Under the pieces are notes generated by a model. That model had not been told where the DNA came from, did not search any database, and worked only from the letters and a program-made list of their open reading frames with translations. A program made the translations under genes and the position numbers. DNA of 64,000 nt, from IMG/VR virus record IMGVR_UViG_3300010049_000009, positions 64,001-128,000 of that record; one strand, written 5' to 3'. The stretch's first letter is position 1, and the number at the start of each line of letters is the position of its first letter. Source of the stretch: a virus. Its lineage: Duplodnaviria > Heunggongvirae > Uroviricota > Caudoviricetes. Positions 1 through 7,463 of this stretch are shown one piece after another.

Positions 1-474
1 CTTGATTCAAATGGACAAGTTGTTATCCCAATAACATACAATTTTGTGTATCCAAGTACAGATGGTGTTACTTATCGTGTTTACGACCACCTAAATAGAG
101 AAGGGGTTATAAATATTAAAAACGAAATTGTGGAACCGTTTGAATACAAAAAATCCGATGAAGGTCTTACTCCGAATGAATATATAAGTAGAGGTGATAA
201 AGGTAATTATGGTGTTATTACCGCAGACCAAAAAATAATAATTCCATTTATTTATAGTAGAATTGGCGCATATAATCGTTATGGTGTTTATATTGTAAAA
301 GACACAAACGAAAAAATGGGTGTGTTAAGTAGAAATGGGGAGGTTATAATACCGGTAGAGTATGATACTGTTTACGCGGAAGAGGGTAATATGTACGTTG
401 CCCGATATGAAATGTTTGGAGAAAAACTCTACTTTGATTTGAATGGGAACAGAATTGAGAAACCAAAAAATTAA
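1..474 (+). CDS. WG-repeat protein, 5'-partial
   Basis: Frame 1 is open from base 1; repeats such as YGVITADQKIIIPFIYSRI and MGVLSRNGEVIIPVEYDTV. Confidence 0.8.
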   Translation, partial: LDSNGQVVIPITYNFVYPSTDGVTYRVYDHLNREGVINIKNEIVEPFEYKKSDEGLTPNEYISRGDKGNYGVITADQKIIIPFIYSRIGAYNRYGVYIVKDTNEKMGVLSRNGEVIIPVEYDTVYAEEGNMYVARYEMFGEKLYFDLNGNRIEKPKN

Positions 475-556
475 AAAAAGTGTGAGCGGCAAGAGGTAGC
501 TCGTACCTTCAATTTAATGTGCAACATCCCGCGAACCAGCAACCGACACACTTTTT
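475..556 (-). ncRNA. Candidate structured RNA / bidirectional terminator between convergent genes
   Basis: AAAAAGTGTG...CACACTTTTT closing stem around a GC-rich core with two hairpins and a possible pseudoknot. Confidence 0.4.
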
Positions 557-561
557 AAAAC

Positions 562-1473
562 TTAACTATTACTAATTTTCGCACACGCTTCGTTTCCACC
601 CTTCATAAAGATATGACCGAAACCACCTCTTCCGTGGCAACTATTTTTTAGTCTATCCAATGTAACAAGCATTTTTTTGAAATCTTGTGAATTTTTATCA
701 AACTCTGCAACGATATTGAAAAGACCATCTAATGGTGAATCGGTTTCATAACTTTCAGCACCCTCACCGTAACTTGTTTTAATATACTGTGTGAAAGGTC
801 GCCAATATTTATCAAAAAATTCTCTTTCAGAGGGAGAATCATTACCACATTGACCGGGTCTGTATGGGATTTCTTCATCACCTGTTAGGTTATACCATAA
901 CAAAGCGTGAAGATTTTGTCCCTGTGAATTTTCACTTTCTTGATCGAGGGTTGGCCCACTTGTCAAATATGAATTTGCTGCCAATTGTGCCACATTATCT
1001 TTGGCGTTGGCAACCCAATCCATAATTCTCGGAGCCCAATAATCCTCATATGCGCCGGATTGTGGTTTTTGGTAACTAAATTGTTGAATACACCTCAAAT
1101 ACTCATCAGGATCAATTAGTGTCCAACGTTGAGATGTACCACTTTTAAACCCTTGATAAACTCTTCTAATTTCATTGTTGGGACTTTGTAACGACATTTT
1201 GTCTGTTTTAAGTTTTACCATAAAATCAGCAAAGAGATCATACGCTTCGGTTAAAAGAATATCCGTTACATTATGTAAAATTTCAAACAAAGGGTGTTTT
1301 CTATCAATTTTACCCTCACGCATTTCTACTAAAACGTTATGATTAAACAACGTTTTATCACCCCTTTTTATTTCCAACAAAGGTTTTTGTTTAAATTTTG
1401 TTGGGTTTGATGGATTGTAATTATATAAATGGGTGAAATAATCCGCAACTTCTTTTAATTGGTCTTTATTCAT
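562..1473 (-). CDS. Hypothetical protein, paralog of 1473..2405
   Basis: 303 aa ORF; long blocks identical to its neighbour. Confidence 0.85.
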   Translation of the reverse strand: MNKDQLKEVADYFTHLYNYNPSNPTKFKQKPLLEIKRGDKTLFNHNVLVEMREGKIDRKHPLFEILHNVTDILLTEAYDLFADFMVKLKTDKMSLQSPNNEIRRVYQGFKSGTSQRWTLIDPDEYLRCIQQFSYQKPQSGAYEDYWAPRIMDWVANAKDNVAQLAANSYLTSGPTLDQESENSQGQNLHALLWYNLTGDEEIPYRPGQCGNDSPSEREFFDKYWRPFTQYIKTSYGEGAESYETDSPLDGLFNIVAEFDKNSQDFKKMLVTLDRLKNSCHGRGGFGHIFMKGGNEACAKISNS

Positions 1474-2405
1474 TATTTAAAATTACTAATTCGTGAACAC
1501 GCCTCATTACCACCCCTCATGAAGATATGACCAAACCCACCCCTTCCGTGGCAACTATTTTTCAATCTGTCTAATGTGACAAGCATTTTCTTGAAGTCTG
1601 AATAGTTTTTATCAAACTCTGCAACAACATTGAAAAGTCCATCCAATGGTGAATCGGTTTCATATGCCCCACTTCCATCTTCACTATCACCAAAATTAGT
1701 TCCAATATAACTTGTGAAAGGGTTCCAATACGTTTTATTGAAATATTTTTCTTTTGCAACAAAATATTCCTCATCTTTTTTAAGTGGTATTTTTTTATCA
1801 CCTGATAAATCAAACCACAAACGATTAAGGGTTAATTCCCCTTTTGAATTGGTCGCTCTTGGGTCTAAACTTGGACCACTTGTTAAGTATGAATTTGCCG
1901 CCAATTGTGCCACATTATCTTTGGCATTAGCTGCCCAATCCATAATTCGGGGAACCCAATAATCCTCATATGCGCCGGATTGTGGTTTTTGGTAACTAAA
2001 TTGTTGAATACACCTCAAATATTCGTCAGGATCAATTAATTTCCAATGTTGAGGTTGTCGCTTCATGAAGTTCATAAAAACTCTCCTAACAACGTTATTT
2101 GAGTTTTGAACCGACATTGTGTCCGTTTTCAACTTTGACATAAATTCAGAAAACGTATCATACGCTTCGGTCAAAAGAATGTCTTTTACATTATGTAAAA
2201 TTTCAAACAAAGGGTGTTTTGTTTCAATCTTACCATTGCGCATTTCCACTAAAATACTGTGGTTAAACACAGTTTTATCACCACGTTTTATTTCTAACAA
2301 CGTCTGTGGTGTTTTATACCCTGTCGGGTTAGAGGGATTGTAATTCATAATCGATGTGAAACGACTTAATGCTTCCTCTGCCAATATTCTTTGTTCTTTC
2401 GTCAT
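1473..2405 (-). CDS. Hypothetical protein with leader-like N-terminus, paralog of 562..1473
   Basis: 310 aa ORF; shares IDPDEYLRCIQQFSYQKPQSGAYEDYW and LDRLKNSCHGRGGFGHIF. Confidence 0.85.
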   Translation of the reverse strand: MTKEQRILAEEALSRFTSIMNYNPSNPTGYKTPQTLLEIKRGDKTVFNHSILVEMRNGKIETKHPLFEILHNVKDILLTEAYDTFSEFMSKLKTDTMSVQNSNNVVRRVFMNFMKRQPQHWKLIDPDEYLRCIQQFSYQKPQSGAYEDYWVPRIMDWAANAKDNVAQLAANSYLTSGPSLDPRATNSKGELTLNRLWFDLSGDKKIPLKKDEEYFVAKEKYFNKTYWNPFTSYIGTNFGDSEDGSGAYETDSPLDGLFNVVAEFDKNYSDFKKMLVTLDRLKNSCHGRGGFGHIFMRGGNEACSRISNFK

Positions 2406-2418
2406 ATCATATTTATTT

Positions 2419-3168
2419 TTAACATTTTTTATTCAGGTTTGAAATACCCAATTCTGTATCAGTTTTATTACCATTAACAAGATAAATCTTATTCAAATTT
2501 AAGTCCTTAACTAAAACCGTTTCCTGCATAAATTCATTGGCAATGTTTTCAGCAAATTCTTTTAAACCCTCGCTGCTTATACCATTAATTTCAATCGCAA
2601 GACTTCTATCATTATACACCCGTTCATTATCCCCGACATATTTTCCTTTGAAAAAATTACCAACTGAAAACGCCCCAATAAAATCATCGTGTTTATTTTC
2701 TTTGTTAAAACCACTAACAGTTTTATCAATTTTTTTATCTTTGCCAAATCTATATTGTAAAGATTTTATTATTTGTTTGATTTTATTAACAAAAGAGTTG
2801 TCAGAAAGTTTAACAGCATTAACGGTAGTGGCAAAAACAACAATTCCACCTCTATAATCACTTAAACCATATTGGGTATGATGAACATCTTCTTTGATAA
2901 TGTATTCACCACCCTCGTTTATGTGAAAAGTTTGTTTAGGAACATTGGTATCAAAACTATTATTGTTAATTCTACATTCAGAAAACCAACCACCCTTTTG
3001 ATAGTGACTACCGTTGGGTACTTCTTTCCCACCTGTTGGATGAAAATGTTTAATTTCAACAATATTACCACTTTTTAATATTTTTTTGAACTTCATTCTG
3101 TTGTCAAATTCTTCTATTGACTCGTGATTTTTACCTTCGAGTAAATATCTTATTTTATTAATATTCAT
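2419..3168 (-). CDS. Putative SAM-lyase-like (T3 gp0.3-fold) protein
   Basis: C-terminal GKY...DRSLAIEI...AENIANEFMQETVLV resembles the G-x-Y...QD-x-VL pattern of T3-type SAM lyases (from memory). Confidence 0.45.
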   Translation of the reverse strand: MNINKIRYLLEGKNHESIEEFDNRMKFKKILKSGNIVEIKHFHPTGGKEVPNGSHYQKGGWFSECRINNNSFDTNVPKQTFHINEGGEYIIKEDVHHTQYGLSDYRGGIVVFATTVNAVKLSDNSFVNKIKQIIKSLQYRFGKDKKIDKTVSGFNKENKHDDFIGAFSVGNFFKGKYVGDNERVYNDRSLAIEINGISSEGLKEFAENIANEFMQETVLVKDLNLNKIYLVNGNKTDTELGISNLNKKC

Positions 3169-3195
3169 ATTCTAAATTTTAATATTTTATACACA

Positions 3196-3223
3196 AATAT
3201 AAATACAATATAATTATCCGATC
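3196..3223 (-). promoter_or_regulatory. Bipartite phage promoter motif
   Basis: GATCGGA-N15-TATATTTG. Confidence 0.8.
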
Positions 3224-3273
3224 TATTGTGGATAACCATATTTTATTTATAAATACCATTAAATTAGTATTCA

Positions 3274-3301
3274 AATATAATTCCAAGAAAATAATCCGAT
3301 C
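3274..3301 (-). promoter_or_regulatory. Bipartite phage promoter motif
   Basis: GATCGGA-N15-TATATTTG. Confidence 0.8.
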
Positions 3302-3823
3302 TTAATTGTTATCGTTATCAATTATGAGTTCTAACTCACTGTTGTAGAGAAATGTGTTTATATCAACCTCCCAATCTTTTAAAAAACTATTGAGGCAGGA
3401 GTACCCACTCAAACTCAAATGGTCAATGTATCCTGCATGACGGTGGTATGTATATGGGTGTCCTTCTTTACACTTGTATTCAACATTACCAAATGTATCG
3501 TCAATGATAACGATTTTATGTGGGACAAATTGTTGAATTAATTGAAAACCCTCTGTTCCATAAATTTCCTCAACGGTGTTAAACTTTCGACATTCAAGTT
3601 CCACAACAAGCATTATGGCGTACTTTAATTTGTTGTATGGGTCTGTATATGTTTCATATCCCCAACCGAACTCACAATCTTCCAATGATATTTTAATAAC
3701 ATTGTCTTCTAATGGGAATGATGTTTCTCTTTCATATCCCAATATCATTTTCACACCATAAATACACAAAGAATGTGCGCTACTGCTATTTGTTTCAAAA
3801 ACCTTAAATCTAATCTTTTTCAT
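3302..3823 (-). CDS. FETNSSS-family hypothetical protein
   Basis: N-terminal KVFETNSSSAHSL; EFGWGYE and HAGYIDH shared with 43329..43826. Confidence 0.8.
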   Translation of the reverse strand: MKKIRFKVFETNSSSAHSLCIYGVKMILGYERETSFPLEDNVIKISLEDCEFGWGYETYTDPYNKLKYAIMLVVELECRKFNTVEEIYGTEGFQLIQQFVPHKIVIIDDTFGNVEYKCKEGHPYTYHRHAGYIDHLSLSGYSCLNSFLKDWEVDINTFLYNSELELIIDNDNN

Positions 3824-3840
3824 TTTAACACGTGTTTTTG

Positions 3841-3912
3841 TGTGGATAGAAGGAATCGAACCTCCACCTTGTGGTCCGTAGCCACATATTCTGTCCGTTG
3901 AACTATATCCAC
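3841..3912 (-). tRNA. tRNA-Arg(ACG)
   Basis: Cloverleaf; GTGGATA/TATCCAC acceptor, loop CTACGGA, TTCGATT T-loop. Confidence 0.93.
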
Positions 3913-3916
3913 ATAT

Positions 3917-4093
3917 TTAAGAAGTTGGTTGAATTACAATCCAATATGGATCATCAACTAACACACGTTGAACCAATCGTAGTTTCTTATTTTCGTGCCC
4001 ATCAATTCGGTACACGATTTCGTTATATTTTGTTAAACTCAATTTTGGAAACTTTGATAAAAATTCTTCGGGTGTTGTGTACTTGTTATTCAT
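3917..4093 (-). CDS. Small hypothetical protein (58 aa, below track cutoff)
   Basis: MNNKYTTPEEFLSKF...; start overlaps the stop of the upstream gene. Confidence 0.6.
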   Translation of the reverse strand: MNNKYTTPEEFLSKFPKLSLTKYNEIVYRIDGHENKKLRLVQRVLVDDPYWIVIQPTS

Positions 4094-4325
4094 TTTTTAC
4101 TTTTGTTAAATTTATATAAGCCTTAACATTACATATCATTTTAGGTTTATCAAGTTCTTCAAAGACACCGAGCATGGTGTGATAATGCCCAATCCTGTTT
4201 TGACCGTAAGATATTTTTAATAACAACTCATCTTCGTGTCTTAAATTTTTATCAAACCTCACTAATTCAGCAGGTGTCCATTTCAAACTATCCATTCCAA
4301 ATAACTTTCTAAAAAATTGTTTCAT
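4086..4325 (-). CDS. Hypothetical protein
   Basis: 79 aa ORF in operon orientation. Confidence 0.7.
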   Translation of the reverse strand: MKQFFRKLFGMDSLKWTPAELVRFDKNLRHEDELLLKISYGQNRIGHYHTMLGVFEELDKPKMICNVKAYINLTKVKNE

Positions 4326-4357
4326 TTTAAATTTAACAATTTATAGTTAAAAAAAAT

Positions 4358-4448
4358 GGTGGTTTATAAATAAGAGTTGCGCACCAACCTATGACCTGCG
4401 CAATCAGGGTTTGTTGGATTCATCTTACACCATTGCCGAGTAACCACC
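4358..4448 (-). ncRNA. Candidate structured RNA downstream of tRNA-Phe
   Basis: 7-bp GGTGGTT/AACCACC closing stem; internal 9-bp hairpin whose loop can pair with CCAAC. Confidence 0.4.
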
Positions 4449-4465
4449 TTCGGTTGGATTTCTTG

Positions 4466-4537
4466 TGGTAAGGGGTGGGATCGAACCACCGACACCCGGC
4501 TCTTCAGGCCGGTGCTCTACCACTGAGCTACCTCACC
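4466..4537 (-). tRNA. tRNA-Phe(GAA)
   Basis: Cloverleaf; anticodon arm CCGGC-CTGAAGA-GCCGG. Confidence 0.95.
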
Positions 4538-4543
4538 ATATTG

Positions 4544-4617
4544 TGTCCGAGGTAGGACTCGAACCTACGACCTCCAGCTTATCAGGCGGGTGCTCTAACC
4601 AGCTGAGCTACCCGGAC
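4544..4617 (-). tRNA. tRNA-Ile(GAT)
   Basis: Cloverleaf; loop CTGATAA; one C-T mismatch in the anticodon stem. Confidence 0.92.
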
Positions 4618-4629
4618 AAATATTTCTTG

Positions 4630-4703
<74 letters not shown>

Positions 4704-4851
4704 AAAATAAAAAAAAATTCTCTCATCTTCCATTCTCTCTATTGTATTACTACAACTTCTTTTAGACCAATCTGTTGTACTTCCATAAATTTGGTCGCCT
4801 TTATGAATCATCTATCCTCATTTGCGCTAATCGAGGAACAAGAATTTTTAG

Positions 4852-4928
4852 TGACCGGGGTAGGATTCGAACCTACGACCCCCGCATTAAAAGTGCGATG
4901 CTCTAAATACCAGCTGAGCTACCCGGTC
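4852..4928 (-). tRNA. tRNA-Lys(TTT)
   Basis: Cloverleaf; TCGCA-CTTTTAA-TGCGG. Confidence 0.95.
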
Positions 4929-5003
4929 GATAAAAAAAACAAATGCGTGTCAGATTACCAACTCTTTAAAGGAATGTCTGCTTCCAAACCAACCTACATT
5001 TGT

Positions 5004-5172
5004 AAAAATAAATTAGTCACCCACAGGAACGTCTATTCTACGTTGAAACGTACATTTTTCCGTCGATATGCGTACCCCACACTGTCTAATCTGTTTAGGA
5101 CTTCAAACAACTATGTGCCAGGTAAAGGCTTAATCTTGGCTTCCCCGAACTTAATCTAACCAATTCATTTTT
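5004..5172 (-). ncRNA. 6S RNA-like (SsrS-like) RNA
   Basis: About 170-nt rod: 15-bp closing stem, central bubble with 3' hairpin, long apical stem; AGAU..GUUCG..GCCA and CCUGUGG echo E. coli 6S (from memory). Confidence 0.6.
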
Positions 5173-5175
5173 TAG

Positions 5176-5624
5176 TGGAGTCGGCGGTATCGAAACCGCG
5201 TCTTACATACCTTCAAGTAACAACTTTACTACATGTTTTTGGGTTATCATTTATGGCTGGCTTAACTAAACACCACTTTATTTTTACCTCTATCAAATGG
5301 AAAATATAAAGAAAAACATTCGGGCAGCGCGATGAATTATGATATCCACTACCGAAAACTCTACCTAACAAGAAGGTAGGGGGTTACTATTTTCTGTTTC
5401 CAAGCATAGATGCTCAGCCCTTTTAAAAGTTAAGCACATACCTAACTTTTGACACTTAATTTGCTTCCCTTGGTGTTTCAACCACGTGTCTATGCGGCAA
5501 GCGCATATTGGACAGAAGAAATATTGCTATTGCCTTCTATTTTTTTGCCTGTTTTTAGGTGTTACATGCTACACCACATGAGTTGATTACTGTACTAATC
5601 TGCAATCAAAATCCTGTCGACCCC
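5176..5624 (-). ncRNA. ssrA: tmRNA
   Basis: 5' GGGGTCG / 3' CGACTCC-A acceptor with G3-U70, T-arm GCGGTTTCGATACCGC, tag ORF 5490..5534 GNSNISSVQYALAA* after AAAAAATAGAA. Confidence 0.95.
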
Positions 5625-5640
5625 ATATTTTTTATAATGA

Positions 5641-5808
5641 TTATCCGCAATTTTGCCCTATTGCGATACCAACACAAATCAACCAAAAACCTATCATGAC
5701 CGCTAAAACACACAAAGTATCAGCATCGGGTGTTTCAAACCAACAATGTTTATTATCTAAACTTACTTTTTTCTTTTTCATTTCAAGGGTATTTTTACGG
5801 ATTATCAT
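5641..5808 (-). CDS. Small membrane protein (55 aa)
   Basis: MIIRKNTLEMKKKK...LCVLAVMIGFWLICVGIAIG hydrophobic helix. Confidence 0.5.
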   Translation of the reverse strand: MIIRKNTLEMKKKKVSLDNKHCWFETPDADTLCVLAVMIGFWLICVGIAIGQNCG

Positions 5809-5829
5809 TTTTTTATTTCAAAGAACGTG

Positions 5830-5901
5830 TAGCCGGTACGGGATTCGAACCCGTGACTCCGCCGTGAAAGGGCGATGACTTAACCACTTGTCGAACCGGC
5901 C
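5830..5901 (-). tRNA. tRNA-Glu(TTC)
   Basis: Cloverleaf; TCGCC-CTTTCAC-GGCGG. Confidence 0.95.
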
Positions 5902-5908
5902 ATATTTG

Positions 5909-5994
5909 CGGAAAACAGTGGTCCCGCCCCACAATCAGTTTCCCGATCAGTCTGCTTAGCAGGCAGCCCCAAGCACTCGCCTGGTTTATTTTCC
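5909..5994 (-). tRNA. tRNA-Ser(GCT), non-canonical 8/4 fold
   Basis: 8-bp acceptor GGAAAATA/TGTTTTCC, 6-bp D stem, long variable arm, 4-bp T stem, T-loop GGCGGGA, G73. Confidence 0.85.
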
Positions 5995-6004
5995 TTATAT
6001 TTTG

Positions 6005-6090
6005 CGGAAGTCGGAGGTCCCGCCCCCCAAGCACTTGCGCGCTCCCACGGTTTTCAAGACCGGTCCCAGCCCTTGCCGAGTTCAACTTCC
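6005..6090 (-). tRNA. tRNA-Ser(TGA), non-canonical 8/4 fold
   Basis: 8-bp acceptor GGAAGTTG/CGACTTCC, 6-bp D stem, long variable arm, 4-bp T stem, T-loop GGCGGGA, G73. Confidence 0.85.
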
Positions 6091-6094
6091 TTCG

Positions 6095-6167
6095 TAGCGG
6101 GGGTGGGACTCGAACCCACGACTTTGGGCTTATGAAACCCAATTGCTAACCACTGCATCACCCCGCA
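6095..6167 (-). tRNA. tRNA-Met(CAT), initiator-like
   Basis: T1:T72 mismatch and fMet-like body; anticodon stem TGGGT/GCCCA. Confidence 0.85.
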
Positions 6168-6207
6168 ATATATTTTACGTTGTTATAAATAAACGTTTTT
6201 TTAAAAT

Positions 6208-6636
6208 TTAAACCAAATTTTCTGATAAAATATCTAAAACTTCATCTAATAATCCGGATTCCGCTTGTTCATAGTTAGTGAAACCACCACCTAATTTACT
6301 TGCCTCCCCCTTTCCGGGCACATAGTTCAGTAGTTTTACGCTATAATAAAATGTGAAATCAAATGAAAATTCGATAGTTCCAACAACCCCCTTCACATCC
6401 CTACACCATTTTAACGCTAACGCAACAGTCGGAACTGAAACAAAATCCTCATTGTTATTAAAATTATCTAAGTGTTTATAGTCACCAAAAAAATTTTCGT
6501 GAACACAACGACTTTGAAAACTTCGTAAGGTATTTGGGTAGTGGTCGCTAACCCAATAACAATAATATGTTTCCCAATCAAACCCCAATTTTTTAAGCAA
6601 ATCTGCTTGTTCTCTATTTACTAACCCTAATTCCAT
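6208..6636 (-). CDS. Hypothetical protein, paralog of 55112..55480
   Basis: EQA..LK.LGF, PTV..ALK..RD.K and YE.AE..LLD.VL motifs shared. Confidence 0.8.
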   Translation of the reverse strand: MELGLVNREQADLLKKLGFDWETYYCYWVSDHYPNTLRSFQSRCVHENFFGDYKHLDNFNNNEDFVSVPTVALALKWCRDVKGVVGTIEFSFDFTFYYSVKLLNYVPGKGEASKLGGGFTNYEQAESGLLDEVLDILSENLV

Positions 6637-6654
6637 TTCAATTTTATTTATATG

Positions 6655-6861
6655 TTATCCTGCTAAAACACCTACTATAAGACACAGTATGATAAATCCT
6701 ATCGCTAACTTGATTATGAATAATATCACCGGCCACGACAGTTTCAACAAAACTGCTATCAACACTAAAAATAACGGTATCGCTATCAGCGGAAGAAATA
6801 TAATGAGCATTATACCCAATATTATTAAAATAATTTTCCAAATTACATTCAAAACTGTCAT
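6655..6861 (-). CDS. Small membrane protein
   Basis: 68 aa, almost entirely hydrophobic. Confidence 0.7.
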   Translation of the reverse strand: MTVLNVIWKIILIILGIMLIIFLPLIAIPLFLVLIAVLLKLSWPVILFIIKLAIGFIILCLIVGVLAG

Positions 6862-6897
6862 AATATTTTACTTTTAAATTTTTACTATATGTGTACT

Positions 6898-6925
6898 AAT
6901 ATAAAAGTAACTTATTAATCCGATG
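6898..6925 (-). promoter_or_regulatory. Bipartite phage promoter motif (variant)
   Basis: CATCGGA-N15-TATATTAG. Confidence 0.7.
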
Positions 6926-7405
6926 TTATAGACATCTGAAATTTTGATTTATATAGGAATAAACCTTTTCCCTCATTTCTTCCTTATCTTTACAATTGTC
7001 GTAAAGACCATCCCACAGGTCTTTATCTGTTTCAAAATCCGGTGTTATTATATATGGTATTCCAAACCGCAGTTGTTGAATGATAAAATCAACGACTTGT
7101 TCTTCATTGAAAGACACAAGGTATTCGTCATTTATTGATCTGAAATATGCATCGGTAAATCTATACCCCAAAGTGGGTTCGGTATTTCCAAGTACGGATT
7201 TGATTATATTCCAGGGGTCTTGCCTCATGGATTGAAATGCTTCGACCATATCCTCTTGATTGTTATTAAAAATAACATCATCATACCATTCATAATAATA
7301 ACAAATCTGATTGTGGATTGATATGAGATTTTCTCTATCAATATTCCGCATAACACCAAGTAATCCGATTACTTTTGGGTGTTCCGAAAAATTATTTGTA
7401 TTCAT
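6926..7405 (-). CDS. Hypothetical protein
   Basis: 159 aa ORF. Confidence 0.75.
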   Translation of the reverse strand: MNTNNFSEHPKVIGLLGVMRNIDRENLISIHNQICYYYEWYDDVIFNNNQEDMVEAFQSMRQDPWNIIKSVLGNTEPTLGYRFTDAYFRSINDEYLVSFNEEQVVDFIIQQLRFGIPYIITPDFETDKDLWDGLYDNCKDKEEMREKVYSYINQNFRCL

Positions 7406-7435
7406 TGTATTTTACTTTTTTAGAATTTGGTGTTT

Positions 7436-7463
7436 AATAAAAGATTTGCAAAATAATCCGATC
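7436..7463 (-). promoter_or_regulatory. Bipartite phage promoter motif (variant)
   Basis: GATCGGA-N15-TTTATT. Confidence 0.6.

Noticed and set aside
3227-3235. DnaA box TTATCCACA next to GATCTATT
   Set aside because: A single copy; the GATC belongs to the promoter motif. Not enough to call an origin.
4358-4465. Theta/HDV-like ribozyme at a tRNA 3' trailer
   Set aside because: I could not build P1, P1.1, P3 and P2 pairings or find a UCCUCG-type L3.
4937-5003. SRP RNA-like element (contains GGAAGCAG inside an ACAAATGT/GCATTTGT stem)
   Set aside because: It lacks the GNRA-capped helix 8 and the CAGG/AGCA symmetric loop geometry.
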